A stretch of 64,000 nucleotides of DNA from the human T2T-CHM13v2.0 reference genome, Homo sapiens (GCF_009914755.1 NC_060929.1); one strand, 5' to 3'. Positions 1-20,752 are shown, numbered from the stretch's first letter. Notes: a model not told the origin generated them from the letters alone. Numbers and translations are program-made.

Positions 1-570
1 TATGGGGTGAGAACAGAGGAAAAACAGTTTGCTTTTTCTAGTCACCGTCAGAAGTGGAAATGACCGAATCTTTTTTGTTAGGGTAGTCATCAGCTGATAC
101 CAAATCTTTGGCAATAAGAAAATGGGTCAGAACTTAAGTCAGTAATCTACATTGCTAACCAGTTTTCTTGAGAAAAATATAATGCAAACAGAGGAATGCA
201 CAAGCAGCTGAATTTCAGAGGAAGGTATGAGTCTGGCTTTGCCAAGAAAGCACACATAATTTTTGACACCTGGAAATACACCAGATGTGTACTGGTCAAC
301 TAATTATTATCTTTGTTATTGGCTACATAATGTTATTAAGTAAACTCTTAATTGAGGCATAACCTACATACAGATATGTGCACAAATCATAAGTATCCAG
401 TTCAATGAATTTCCACAAAGAGAATATACCTACAAAATAATCACTGGATCAAGAATAGAATACTACCAGCGCCCTACAAGTCCCTCCAGTGACCGCCCAA
501 TCACTATGTCCTCTCTCCCCCGCCAAAGGAAACCATAATCCAGACTTCTCCCACACAGTTTAGCTTTGTC

Positions 571-873
571 TTTTTTTTTTTTTTTTTTTTGAGATGGAGT
601 CTCACTCTGTCGCCCAGGCTGGACTGTAGTGGCTTGATCTTGGCTCACCGCAAGCTCTGCCTCCCAGGTTCAAGCAATTCTCCTGCCTCAGTCTCCTGAG
701 TATGGGACTACAGGTGCCCGCCACCACGCCTGGCTAATTTTTTTTTTGTATTTTTAGTAGAGATAGGCTTTCACCATGTTAGCCAGGATGGTCTCGATCT
801 CCTGACCTCATGATCCACCCGCCTTGGCTTCCCAAAGTGCTGGGATTACAAGTGTGAGCCACCATGCCCGGCC
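571..873 (-). mobile_element. Alu (S-type), full length
   Basis: Antisense Alu consensus with poly-T; TSD tagctttgtct at 561 and 874. Confidence 0.95.
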
Positions 874-1562
874 TAGCTTTGTCTATTTTTAATTTTATAT
901 AAATGGAAACAGGGAATATATTCTTTTGTGTCTAGACTCTGTCTGACACACAAATGTCTGACATTTATGTTGCAACATCCATCCGCCTCAGGGAATATAG
1001 CAACAGTTCCTTCCTTTTCACCGCCGCATCATGTTCCACTGTCTGGCCACCACACAATTGATTGGTCTAATCTTTACGGACAGGCATTTGCATTGTTTCC
1101 TCTGGAGGCTCTCTGAATCTTGCTGTTAGGGACACTTGTTTCTGTGAGTTATCTTTTGTACACATGGACATGCCTTTCCCTCGGATGATGCCTGGGAGTG
1201 GGATTGCTGGGTCTTAGGTGTGCATATTTTCAGCGTCAGCAGACACTGGCCATGTTCCAAAGTGGCTGTGCCAACTTTGACTCCCACCAGTAAATGAGAA
1301 TTCCAGTGGCTCTCTTTCTGTGCCAATAATGGATATTTTGTTTTTTTTTTTCATTTTAGCATTCCAGCAGGTGTATACACGGCATTTCACTATGTTTTAA
1401 CGTCCATTCCCCAAATGACCAAAAAGGATGAACACTTTTCATACATTTGCAGGCTGTTTGTGTATCTGGTTCGCTCTGAAATGTCTCTTTGTTTCTTTTG
1501 CTCATTTTCCCATCAGGTTGTCAGTCTTCTTCTCCTTTATTGTGACTGTGAGTCCTTTGTGA

Positions 1563-1912
<350 letters not shown>

Positions 1913-2449
1913 ATCCAAAACTGTATTTTGATGAGCAAAATTTCTTAATTTTAGTGTGGAACAAATTATCTAACTTTTATTTTATGGTTAGGGCTTTTTC
2001 AGTCCAGTTGAAGAAGTCTTTGCCTATCTGAAGGTTTTGATGACATTTTATCTTATTTTTTAGAAGCTTCATGGTTTTACCTTTTGCATTTAGGTCTATC
2101 ATCCATTTCAAGTCAATTTTTCAGTATAGTGTGAAGTAGGAATTAAGATTCATTTCTTTCTTTATAAATATTCAGTGGAGCCAGCACCATCTTGAAAAGA
2201 CCATTCTTACCCCACGGCTTGTGCAGTGCCACCTCTGTCATGAGCCAAGTGTCTGTACATGCACGGCTGTTTCAGAACTCTATTTTGTTCTGCTGTCTGT
2301 CCATCCTTGCATCGATACCTTACTGTCTTAATTACTGTGGCTTTGTCAAAAGTCTTGATTTCCAGTATCTAAGTCCTTTTGCTTTATTATTCTTCAAAAT
2401 GTTCTTGTTATTCTTAGCTCTTTCCATTTCCACGTAAATTCTAGGATCA

Positions 2450-2745
<296 letters not shown>

Positions 2746-3020
2746 CTAGGATCAATTGGTCCAGTTTCAATACACACACCCACACCCACCCACTGGGGTG
2801 TGACCGAAATCACAGTAAGTCTATAAGTCACTTTGGGGAGAGCTAACACCTCCATAGTATCGTGTCACTCATTTCAGCCTGTTATATTCACTTAGGTCAT
2901 CTTTAATTTCTCTCGATAACACATAATTGTTCTCTGTATAAAAGCCTTGCGTATCTTCTCTTACATATATTCCTCAGTATGATGTTTCTTTGATGCTTTT
3001 GTAAATGTTATCTTTTTTGA

Positions 3021-3339
<319 letters not shown>

Positions 3340-3709
3340 AAAAATTTCATTTTAAATTGCTTATTGTTAGTCTATAGAAATATAATTGATCCTGTTAAAT
3401 TTACTTACTCATTTTAAGAGCTGATTTGTAGAATATATTGAATTTTCTACATGTAATCGTTTTCTCTGTGAAGAGTGACAGTTTCATTCTTCCTTTCTAA
3501 TCCTTACACCTTTTATTTCTTTTTCTTGCCATATGGTAATGGCTAACACTGCCAATATAATGTTGAAAGAGACAGTGACAGCAGATAACCTTATTTACAA
3601 TCTTAGGGAAAAAGTTTTTAATATTTCACTGATAAGTATAATGTTTGCTGTAGTTTTGAAAATATCCATTATTAGATTAAGGAAGCACTCTGTTTTTCCT
3701 AGTTTGCTA

Positions 3710-5250
<1,541 letters not shown>

Positions 5251-5254
5251 CTTT

Positions 5255-5544
<290 letters not shown>

Positions 5545-5576
5545 TAGCTAATATTTTCTTAAAACATTTACGTCTG

Positions 5577-5836
<260 letters not shown>

Positions 5837-5914
5837 TTACATCTGTATTCACAAAAGAAATTAACCTGTAATTTTCTTTCTTGTAATGCCCTTGTAATAA
5901 TTTGGTATCAAATC

Positions 5915-6095
5915 AAATTAACAGGTTTCTGCTGATCAAGAAAGAAGACCAAAATGACCATTATCAGGAATGAAAAAGACATCACTGCAAAGCCTACAGA
6001 CATTAAAAATAATCATAAGGTACAAAGAAATAGAGCGCAGAGGAGCGATTACCAGGGTGTTATTTAATGGGTATAGAGTTTCAGATTTGCAAGAT
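5915..6095. repeat. Inverted copy of 7304-7485 (~180 bp, ~7 differences)
   Basis: Manual reverse-complement alignment: aaattaacaggtttctgctgatcaag...tttcagatttgcaagat versus atcttgcaaatctgaaa...cttgatcagcagaaacctgttaattt. Confidence 0.9.
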
Positions 6096-6380
6096 CCACA
6101 GAAGGACTTGGGAAGTTCTCCTCTTTTTCTAGTCTCAGGACAAATTTGTGGAAGACTGGTGCTACTTTTTCCCTCAAAAGTTAAAAAGAATTCACCAATG
6201 AAATCATCTAGGCCCAGAGTTTTTCTTTGAGGAAATATTTTAAACTATGGATTCAATTTATTACCTAGATGTAGGAGAATTTAGGTGTCCTATTTCTTCC
6301 TGTATCAATTTTGGTACTTTGTATTTTTCAAAATCATCAATTTATTTTCAGAATTTACTAACAATGTTCTCATAACCCTA

Positions 6381-6383
<3 letters not shown>

Positions 6384-6422
<39 letters not shown>

Positions 6423-6428
6423 TGTGTG
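6384..6428. repeat. (TG)n microsatellite
   Basis: Near-perfect dinucleotide run. Confidence 0.95.
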
Positions 6429-6464
6429 GTAAAAAGCATATAAAATTTGCCATCTCAACCATTT

Positions 6465-7224
<760 letters not shown>

Positions 7225-7539
7225 CTCAATCATTTTAAAGTATACGGTTCAGTCGTGGTAAATATATTTACATTATTGTGAAATGCATCTCCAGAACTTT
7301 TTCATCTTGCAAATCTGAAACTCTACACCCATTAAATAACCCCCTGGTAATCGCTCCTCTGCACTCTACTTCTTTGCACCTTATGATTATTTTTAATGTC
7401 TGTAGGCTTTGCAGTGATGTCTCTTTTCATTCCTGATAATGGTCATTTGGGTCTTCTTTCTTGATCAGCAGAAACCTGTTAATTTTATTCGTCATTTTAA
7501 AGGAACAACTTCGTGTTTGGTTGATTTCTTTTCTTTCCT

Positions 7540-7850
7540 TTTTTTTTTTTTTTTTGGTGGTGGGGACAGGGTCTGACTCTGTTGCCCAGGCTGGAGTACA
7601 GTGGCAAGATCATCATGGCTCACTGCGAACTTATGGGTTCAAGTGATCCTGCTGCCTCAGCCTCCCAAGTAGCCAGACCACAGGTGTGCGCCACCACATC
7701 CGGCTACTTTATTTTTATTCTTGTAGAGATTTTTCTTGCTATGTTGCCCAAGCTGGTCTCAAACTCCTGGCTTAATGTGATCCTCCATGCCTCAGCCTCC
7801 CGGGTCACGTAATTCCAGGATTACAGGCATGAGCTACCATGCTCGGCTTG
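7540..7850 (-). mobile_element. AluJ, diverged
   Basis: Antisense Alu; TSD-like ttggttgattt. Confidence 0.88.
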
Positions 7851-9134
7851 GTTGATTTTTTTTCTATTGTATATTTGTTTTCCATTGAATTTAGGTAAGA
7901 TCTTTATTTCCTTCCTTTGATTTAGTTTGTTGTTCTTTGAGACAAATGCTTCGAACTTTTCGCTAGGCTTTCGAGATTTAAGGTCGCAGATTTCCCTCTA
8001 GCATGGCTTTAGCTGAATTACGTAAGTTTTGATATGTCATACTTCTATGAGCATTCAATGAAACATTTTAAAATAATTTCCACTGCGATTTCTTCTTTGA
8101 TTCATGACTTTTTCTTTTGGAAGTATATTGTTTAATTCCAAACATTTGGGGATCATTCTAATTATCTTTTTGTTATTGATTTATAACTTAATTCCGCTGG
8201 TCAGAAAACATACTCTACAGATTTCAATCCTTAAATATTAGTTGAAATTTGCTAAATTTATTGAAATTTATCATCCAGCATATAAGTCTATCTTAGTAAA
8301 TAATCTATGTGTACTTAAAAAAATATATACCCTGTAGTTGATGAGGGCTATATAAATATATATGTTAATTACATCTTGTCTGTTAATTGTGACATTCAAA
8401 TCTTCTAGATCCCTGGGGAGCATCTGTCTGATGCTCTATCATTTTACTTTCATTTTATTTTCTATCATCTGACTTTCAACATTTGTTTCTTTTCATTAAA
8501 GATATGTCAGCACGTGTGTGTGTGTGTGTGTATACATTTTAAATCTATCTTTGAGTATTTAATTATCCATTTCTATTCATTACTAACATGTTGGGACTTA
8601 AATCCATAATTACATTACTCATTTTCTGCTTGGCTCGCTGGTCCTATAGTCCTCTCCTCTAAGTTTTTTCCTCTTCTTTTGGATGACTTTTTGTTATTAC
8701 AGTTTTCTCTCTATTAGTGTATTATATTATTATTTTATAATGCTTTTAGTGGCTATGCTGGCCTAGAGATCATTTTACTTTTTTTTTAGTTGTTACCCTG
8801 GATTATGACACGTATCCTTGATTTATTAGAACCTAATATAAATGAGTACTTTGACTCCTTCCTGGACAATGCAAGCATGTTAGAGCAGTTTTACCTCACT
8901 TGTCCCCTCCCATCTTTTGTGCAGTTGATGTCAAGCGGTCTCCACAAGGGATGAGTATCAGCGTCTCACACATCGAGCAGCACTTAGGTTACCCACATGT
9001 GTCTCCTTTCTGCTCTTTACTCTTCCTGCATCTCCGTGTTTCCATCTGGAATCCTCTTCCTTCTGCCTGAAAAACTAGCTCTTAGTATTTCTGTTTGCTG
9101 GAAAATGTCTTATTTCATCTTTCTTTTCTCTTAT

Positions 9135-9525
<391 letters not shown>

Positions 9526-10092
9526 CAACTTTATTTTCAATGGCTTTCCCCACTAGATGTTTAGGTTGGCAGATATTTTTCCTCCCAATACTTTACTATT
9601 TTCTGGTTTCTGTCAAGATACCAACCGTTAGCCTTTCATTGCTACTTTAAAGTAAAGCATCTCTTTATTGAAAAAGGAAAAACAAAGCTGGAAGACTCAA
9701 ACTTCCCAATTCTAAGACTACTATAAAATTACAGTAAACAAGGCAGCATGGTACTGCCATAAACACAGACATACAGATTAATGGAATAAAATTGAGAGTC
9801 CAGAAATAAACTCATACATCTATGGCCAAGGGTTCCAAGACCACTCAGTGGGGGAAAGAACAGTCTCTTCAAGAAATGGTATTGAGAAAACTGGATATCC
9901 ACATGCAAAAAAATGGCGTTGGACCCTACTTCACACCATACAAAAATATTAACTCAAAATGGATCAAATACCTAAATGTGAGTTCTAAAAGTATAAAACC
10001 GATGGAAGTTTTTGCGACCACCAATTTGTCAATGGTTTCTTAGCTTTGACACCTAAAGCATAAGCAACCAATGAAAAAACAGACAAATTGGA

Positions 10093-10220
10093 TATCATTA
10101 AAACGAAATATCATCAAAACGAAATATCATCAAAACGAAATATCATCAAAACGAAATATCATCAAAACGAAGTATCATCAAAACGAAATATCATCAAAAC
10201 GAAATATCATCAAAACGAAA
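10093..10220 (+). repeat. Minisatellite, 8 x 16 bp (TATCATCAAAACGAAA)
   Basis: Eight contiguous units counted; two carry one substitution each. Confidence 0.97.
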
Positions 10221-10900
10221 GACTTGTGCTTTGAAAGATGCTATCAAGAAAACGAATACACAACTTATAGAATGGAGAAAACATTTGTAAATCACGTATC
10301 TGATAAGGGCCTAGTATCTGGAATGTATAAAGAAACTCTTACAACTCAACAGCAAAAGACAACCTGATTAAAAAATGGGCAAAGGACTTAACAGACAATT
10401 CTCCAAAGAAGATGTATGAGTGGCTAACTTAATGCACGTAAAAAGATGCTCAGCATCACTAGGCATTAGGGAAATGCAAATCAAAACCATGATGAAATGC
10501 CATTCACACTCATTAGAAATGGCTATAATTTTAAAAAAGGAGGGGGGATAACAAGTGTTGGCAAGGAGGTAGCAAATCAGAACCCTTATACATTGTTGGC
10601 AGGAATGTAAAATGGTTTAGCCATTGTGTAAAAGAGTTTGGAGGCTCCTCAAAAAGTTAAACTAGAATTCTATGACCCAGCAATTCCACTGCTAGGTATA
10701 TAACCCAAAGAATTGAAAACAAGGATGCAAACAGATTCCTGCAAACCAATGTTCACAGTATTGTTCATCATGGTTAAAAGGTGGAAACAGCCCAAATGTC
10801 CATCAGTGGATGAGGAGATGAACAAATTGTGGTGTAGACATACAATGCACTGTTATTCAGCCATAAAAAAAATGAAGTGTTGACATATGCTTTCAATGAA

Positions 10901-11262
<362 letters not shown>

Positions 11263-11536
11263 TGAATCTTGAAAACATTATGGTAAGTGAAAGAGGCCAA
11301 ACACAAAAGGTCACATACTTTGCATGATTCAATTCATATGAAGCACCAGAACAGGTATATCATGGGGACAGGACACAGATTGGTAGTTGTCAGGGGCCGG
11401 GGGGATTGCAGAATGGGGAGCAACTGCTTAATGAGTAGGGGGTTTCTTTTTGGGGTGATGAAAACGTTTTGGAGCTAGAGAGGGTAGTGGTTACACCCCA
11501 CTGTGAATATACTAAATGTCACTAAATTGTTCACTT

Positions 11537-13209
<1,673 letters not shown>

Positions 13210-13223
13210 AATTGTTCACTTTC

Positions 13224-13534
13224 TTTTTTTTCTTTTTTTTTTTTGAGTTGGAGTCTCGCTCTGTCACCCAGGCTGGGGTGCGATCTCGGCTCACTGCAAC
13301 TTCCGCTTCCCAGGTTCAAGCGGTTCTCCTGCCTCAGCATCCTGAGTAGCTGGGATTACAGGTGCCCGGCACCACACCCAACTAATTTTTATATTTTTAG
13401 TAGAGATGGGGTTTCACCATGTTGGCCAGGCTGGTCTCTTTTGCCAGGCTGGTCTCGAACTCCTGACTTCATGATCCTCCCGCTTTGGCCTCCCAAAGTG
13501 CTGGGATTACAGGCATGAGCCACTGTGCCCGGCC
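13224..13534 (-). mobile_element. AluS with a small internal duplication (gccaggctggtctc twice, ~13424-13456)
   Basis: TSD aattgttcactttc at 13210 and 13537. Confidence 0.93.
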
Positions 13535-13609
13535 CAAATTGTTCACTTTCAAATGGTTACTTTTATGTTATGAGAATTTCATCTCAATTTTAAAAACTTT
13601 AAAAATTGA

Positions 13610-14810
13610 GATAAAGTATCTTTTTCTCTGCCTTTAAGTTTTTCTGTGCTTCTTAAAATAACTTACTGTGATATGTCTTGGTGTGGTTTTTTTTTCACTC
13701 TGCTTGGTGTTCCCAGTCCTTCTTTAATCTGCAGTTTGATGTCTTTTGTCAGGTTTGAAAAATTGTGTCATTATCTCTTCAAATACTGCTTCTGCCCCAT
13801 TCTCTGTCTTCTCTCCTTCTATGACTTGAATTACATGTATATTAATTTTTTCATCATCTAAAGACTCATGCCTTTTTCTGTATTTTTCTTCTCATTTTAT
13901 TTTTTTGCTTCAGCTCAGATAGTCTCTCCTGACCTGCATTCCAGTTCATGAATCCTCTCTTAGCTGTGTTTAAGTTGATGTTAAACTCTCTATTGAGTTC
14001 TTCCTTTCAATTATTTTTCAGTCCTCGCATTTCCTTTTGATTTTGTTATTTCCACTTATTGGTCATTGGTTTCCTGAACATACTTAATTATTTTAAAAGT
14101 CTGTTCTTGTATTTCTAATAGTTAGATTTCTTGTGGATCTATTTCTGTTCTTTGTTTTTTCTCCTTTTTGGTCATTTGGTCTTATCTCCTGGCTTGCCTG
14201 CTTCGTTTGGTTGGTTTTTAATGGATTGCTGGACATGTATACAAGAAACAGAGATAATTTGACGTTGCTGATGGTGACCTTTCTCTAGAGGACTTCCCAT
14301 TGCCTCTGGAAGTGACGTATCACTTTTAGAATATGGGCATATCACTTTAATCTAATTAGAGATTGAACAGATTCACAGTTGGGCTTCTGTCTTTGAGATG
14401 AGTCAAATTCTGGTTCAACCTCCAGTTCCAGGCTGTAGCCCTTTGGGGATCCCAATGGAAGGCCTGGGATGGTTATCGGGGTTCTTTCTGCTTGGTGGCC
14501 CATGAATTCCGAGTTTCATCTCACAAGCCCAATAAGACTGCTTGAGCTCTCCTTCTCTCTCGGTCTTTGGGCCATCACTTTCTAGTCACTGCTTATGAAC
14601 TGGCAGATGCCACAAGAAAAAAAGTAGTGTTGAATACTGGATTCATATCTCTGTACCTCCCTCTTCTCTAGGATCTTTGCTCCTCAAGTCATCACTGCAC
14701 TGATAGCTCTTTAATTTCTTAAAATAAAATGTTTTAAAAATACTTTTTCCATATTTCTAGTTCTTCTTGATATGATGGTTGCACCACAACAAGCTAGTCT
14801 GACATTACCA
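13610..14810 (-). mobile_element. Old L1 fragment, antisense (probable continuation of the 330-9660 element)
   Basis: T-rich antisense L1 phrases such as cattatctcttcaaatactgcttctgcccc. Confidence 0.6.
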
Positions 14811-15912
14811 GAAAGAGAAACCTGATAAACTTATTACCAGTGGCTTAGAGTTTCCTTAATGAGGCTTAATAGAATACTGAAACTGATTAACGGAATTTAA
14901 AAAATGAAATAGAGAAGTACATTCTGCAAGTCTCTGTAAAACATAAGAATCTCATTATGTCTGTTATCCTATTTGCTGTTTTATGTCTTTCTTTCTCAAT
15001 AAGACCATAAACTCCCCATGGGCACAACTCTGATACAGTTTATTTCAGTTTCTTCACATCATGCCAATAAATATTCCATTAAATTGAGTTGAGTGGGATG
15101 TACACTATTCTAATTAGAGTCACTAATTTGTGTCCAAATAGGTTTCACTTAGAACCATCTCAGTATGAAATAAAGAGGGCACTGGCACCAAGAAACAATG
15201 AAGAAGCTGAAAATTAACCAGCAGTTGTTATTTCTGTACCATCAGTTATGGTAGTTAGACGGCTTTAATGAAGATTACAAAGGTTTTAAATAACTGAAAC
15301 ACTCATCAGTTGAGGACTGATTCAATATACAATGCATTTATCAATATTAAAGAGACTGAGGCAGACAGATCTGTATGCACTGATGTGGAAAAATCTCCAA
15401 ATTTTGGAAAAAAAGAATATATGGTCCGTATGCTCTTTTTGGAAAATCTATAGTATTATATGTTCTTAGTCTCGAATTTAAGTAACTGTTTTTGGATTAA
15501 GTTCTAGAAAATAGTAAGTGGAAGCCCAGCTGAGCCTTGAAACTGCAACCTTGAGTAAGAAAGAATTTTAGACATTTTAAAGGGAATTGTTGATGCGGAT
15601 GCAAAAAGAGAACAGAATTCTATACAGCAAAGCCATTTAGGAGAAAATTTTCAGGTTACTATGAAGACTGAAAGCCTAAGCCTTAGCTGTTTAAACTGTA
15701 ATCATTAGAGTACATTTGTGAAGTCCCTTTCTGAGACTTCTGGACTTCAAATATGTGATGTTTTCTTCAGAGATGCTGTAATGTTTCTTAGAACATCCTC
15801 TGCGAATTTGCTGCTATGGGTGACATATTTCCAGTTATGTGTAACTCTCTCCTGTGGATATAAGATAGGGCTTTTTGTTTGACAGAAGAGCCTCAAAAAT
15901 GTCTTTTCTTCT

Positions 15913-16312
<400 letters not shown>

Positions 16313-16559
16313 TCATACAGACACAAAATCTCTTTGGAAGTGTACACACAAGGCACAGACAACAGAGACTGCCAGGAGAGGTCTGGGACACTGGGATCAG
16401 GGAGGGCCTGACGTGGACTTTCTACCTTCCAACCTTTTTTACTATTTAAACTGTAATCAGTTTTACTATTTTTATTTTTTGCCATGTGCACTTATTACTT
16501 ATTCAGAAAAACAATTTAAAACAATTTCAAACTAGAAGAAAAAGGGGATAAAGAGGAAA

Positions 16560-16740
16560 AGGCGTAACATGTATACTTTCACAACAACCTGCCTGCAAGA
16601 TAGATGTGTCATTATTTCATACACAGAAAAGGTGAGGCTCAGAGAGATAAAATAACTTACTCAAAATCATAAAGCTAAAACTAGAATCCAGGTAAAACTG
16701 AACCCAAAGCCAAGTTATCTTTCAGCCTTATATTCTCATA
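16560..16740. mobile_element. MIR fragment
   Basis: MIR core-like gaggctcagagagataaaataacttactcaaaatca. Confidence 0.65.
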
Positions 16741-16883
16741 AGTAACTTAGATTGCAGCTATGATTAAACCGCAAAGTATATTTAACAGTGATTAAAATTC
16801 CTGAGTTGCAACATGTTGACTGATTTAAGAGCTTATGCTGCTCAAGAAATGGCAACATAAATGAGAAAATACACTTTTTCTAA

Positions 16884-17266
<383 letters not shown>

Positions 17267-17459
17267 CTTATTTCTAATAAATTTTAAGTCCTAAGTGTTC
17301 AGTGCTATTTCCAATAAATTAAATAACTAAAGGATCTGACAAGTTTTAAGATTTTCATGATGGAAACTTCATTGTGTTCCTATAATTGACTTAACAATTA
17401 TGTACAGATCTATATTTTATATCTCCTTAACGGAATTAACGCTCCAATTTTCTCAATTT

Positions 17460-17768
17460 ATTTTTTATTTTTTATTTTTTGAGATGGAGTCTTGCTCTGC
17501 CGCCCAGGCTGGAGTGCAGTGCCACAATCTTGGCTCACTGCAACCTCCACCTTCCGGGTTCAAGCAATTTCTCCTGCCTCAGCCTCCTTGCAAGCCACCA
17601 TGCCTGGCTAAATTTTTTTTTTGAATTTTGTAGAGACAGTCCCCCAGTTCCTCAGGGGGCTGAGGTGGGAGGATCTCTTGAGTCCCAGAGTTTGAGGCTG
17701 CAGTGAACCATGATCACACCACTCCAGCCTGGGTGATAAAGTGAGACCCTGTCTCAAAAAAAAAAAAA
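17460..17768. mobile_element. Fused inverted Alu fragments (minus 17460-17637, plus right arm 17638-17768)
   Basis: Junction ttgtagagac|agtcccccagttcctcagggggctgagg. Confidence 0.8.
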
Positions 17769-17992
17769 GTTCACATGGAGTAGGGCTACAGGGGTAACGT
17801 GTCTGGCTCTGTGAAAGGGGCTCCTACCCCTGCTAGTCCCCTTTCCTCCTAATTTCTCTGCATTATTTCTAGCATGACAGCAGGCCCTGTTTCCAGATAA
17901 GGCACATATATTTGCTCACACGTGGCAAAGCTTTATTTTATCACTAATGCCTTGGGCTTAATGGTATCTGCACCTGTTGAAAGTTATAACTG

Positions 17993-18103
17993 GGCCAGGT
18001 GGGGTGGCTCACGCCTATAATCCCAGCCACTTTGGGAGGCCAAGGCGGGTGGATCGCTTGAGGCCAGGAGTTCAAGACCAGTTTGGCCAACATGGTTAAA
18101 AAA
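17993..18103 (+). mobile_element. Alu left monomer (FLAM-like)
   Basis: ggccaggtggggtggctcacgcct...ggccaacatgg then A-run. Confidence 0.85.
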
Positions 18104-18459
18104 ATAAAGTGATAACTGACTAGTATTTTCACATAAGGCTTTCATATGAAACAGGAACGGCCACTGGAGGTGAGGCTGGGCCTTCCTAAGGGCTGCAGGA
18201 GTTCTCGCCCACACCTGTGACCCCTTTCCCTCCACTACGATGAGCAAGGCTCAGTCCCACACCCTGCAGGGTGTGCTGACTGCACCTGGGAAAACAGTGG
18301 GACCCAATGGACCCAAACGCTGCACAGATCAGCTGCAAAACCTCAGCGGCGGGGGCTTTTCTGGGCTGAGTGGTACCTGAGCAAGGCGTTCCTATCATCA
18401 GTGCTAAAAAGGGCTCTGATGAGCAGTTCATCTTTTCATACAAGGAAAGAGAAAACATT

Positions 18460-18625
18460 GCTGAGCAACACTAAACGCCGGGTACTTTCACACACACCAT
18501 GTTTCCAATCCTCACAGTGCTACGTTGCTGTTACAGTGACTTTTATTCCACTGGTGAGAAAACAGAGGCTGGGAGAGGTCAAGCAGGACTCACACCGCGG
18601 TGGACAGTCTAAGGTGCAGATCAAA
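18460..18625. mobile_element. MIR fragment
   Basis: gagaaaacagaggctgggagaggtcaagca core. Confidence 0.6.
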
Positions 18626-18739
18626 TCAATACAAAGCACTGAGAGGATGCTGGCTTGTGTGTTGAATGTATCGGAGGTGCAGGTGACAGACTCCAGAGGG
18701 ACAATGGAAATTCAATTTGCTTTGCCCTAAGCTTATGAG

Positions 18740-19165
18740 CGGTGTCCGGCCTCGGCAGGAACCTAAATACTACGCGCCGCTGCAGGAAACTCTGTCATCT
18801 GTCCTGGGCAGTGCATGCACGCTTCCAGATGGGATTCCAGCCCGAAGAGTGTGGGAGCCTGAGCTGCATGCATTTATACCCACTCAACAATAAATGCCCG
18901 GAGGGAAAAAGGCGGGGGCAGGGGATATTTAAATGGGGGCGGGGGCGATTCTGCCTATCACTCCCCACGGCCGCATCTGCCCAGCTGTGAGTGACAGAAG
19001 CATATGACTGACGTTCCTTCAGCAAGTCTCAGTTCCCCTGTGCTTCCCATCAGCGTTTCGCTGTCCTCCAAGGGACTTTTCAAATGCCATTTGGGCGATA
19101 CTGTTTCTTGTATTTATAAGCCCCAAGCTCCTAGGGTGCAACCCCCTACAGTTACGGTAAGTATG
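18740..19165 (+). promoter_or_regulatory. Candidate promoter/enhancer: GC boxes, TATA-like element, downstream 5' splice site
   Basis: ggcgggggc (18911), tatttaaa (18926-18933), ggggcggggg (~18936), ACG|gtaagt (19156/19157); motif-only evidence. Confidence 0.35.
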
Positions 19166-19473
19166 TGACCAAAGGCCCATGCTGGAAACTCACTTTTCTG
19201 GATCTGAAAAGCAAGCAAGCATTCGTGCGTCCGAATTCTGAGTGACTCTTCACTGTCCATGTGTCTAGGCTGTTCCTGCCATAGCCGCGCGGGGTCTGTG
19301 TGTGGTCAGGAGGAAAGAAGCCCCCACAGGGAGGGCCCGCGTCAGGCCCCCCTCCTGACCCACGGTGAGAAACCCCGTTTCAAAATGCTTGCCTTTGGTC
19401 AGGCAAGACAATGGACATTTCCCTTAAAAGGGACTTTTATAAAAAAAACTTTAAGGTAAAGAAACAAGAGTAA

Positions 19474-19853
<380 letters not shown>

Positions 19854-20489
19854 ACCATAGGGGATCTTTTCATCAGCTGGGTTTGCCTTTATCTTTCTTT
19901 AGCCTCGGGCTGATCTCAGGGCCGGTTGCCACCCTAGCTCCCGTTATTTCTACCTGTTTTTTCAACTCCTTGGCAAATAAAGTACTCTCCTTACAGGATC
20001 TCAACACCTCTCTCCCTGAGGATGCACTGTTGAGTGTGCACAAGTGCACACTGACGCAACCCTACTGTACTGAATGAATTCTTCACGGAAGTCTCCATAC
20101 CTGGGTTTCTAGAATCTTCTCATCACTGACACAACTGTCTTCACCATTCTTGCCTCCTGGTTTGGTGAGGCAGTTTCTACATTAAAACAGTTTAAACTAG
20201 CAATTCTATCTTTAGTAACCCCACTATTTTATTATTTTCAGGACCAGTCTGCATTCAGATGCCACCTTCCAAAATGCATGGGCCTCCTGACTGCTGCCCA
20301 CAGTAAAGTCCGTGCCCTGTAACATCACCATCCAGCCCTAGGACACGTCTCTCACCCACCCCACCTGTGTCCTAAATCAAGCCCAGCACACTTCCTGGCC
20401 TTTTCTACTATCATGCTCTGCACACTAGGGGCCACTGGTCAGGACACCCCACAGCCTGCCCCTGACACTTGGTGAGCTTCTCTAAGAGG

Positions 20490-20730
20490 CAAATAGAATG
20501 GGGTTTGGAACACAGACCCTGGGGGCCAGCTTATGTGTTGAAATCCAGCCTCTGCTACTTACCAGCAGGGCAACCTTGGCAAGTTACTGGATTTCTCCAA
20601 GCCTGTTTCCTCATCTGTAAAACGGAGTTAATAAGAGGGTTGTTGCAAGGATTTAATGAGTTAATGCAGCAAAATGCTTCAAAGAGGACCTAGCATGCAG
20701 TTAAGCACTGTATGTGTTAGCTATTATTAT
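20490..20730. mobile_element. MIR
   Basis: ccttggcaagttact...gcctgtttcctcatctgtaaaacgg core. Confidence 0.8.
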
Positions 20731-20752
20731 TGTACACTATTATCAAACAAAA

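Noticed and set aside
10093-10220. Regular short repeats as a CRISPR array, and ORF 10071-10367 as a repeat protein
   Set aside because: Units are contiguous with no spacers or cas genes; the peptide periodicity is frame cycling of a 16-bp unit inside L1.
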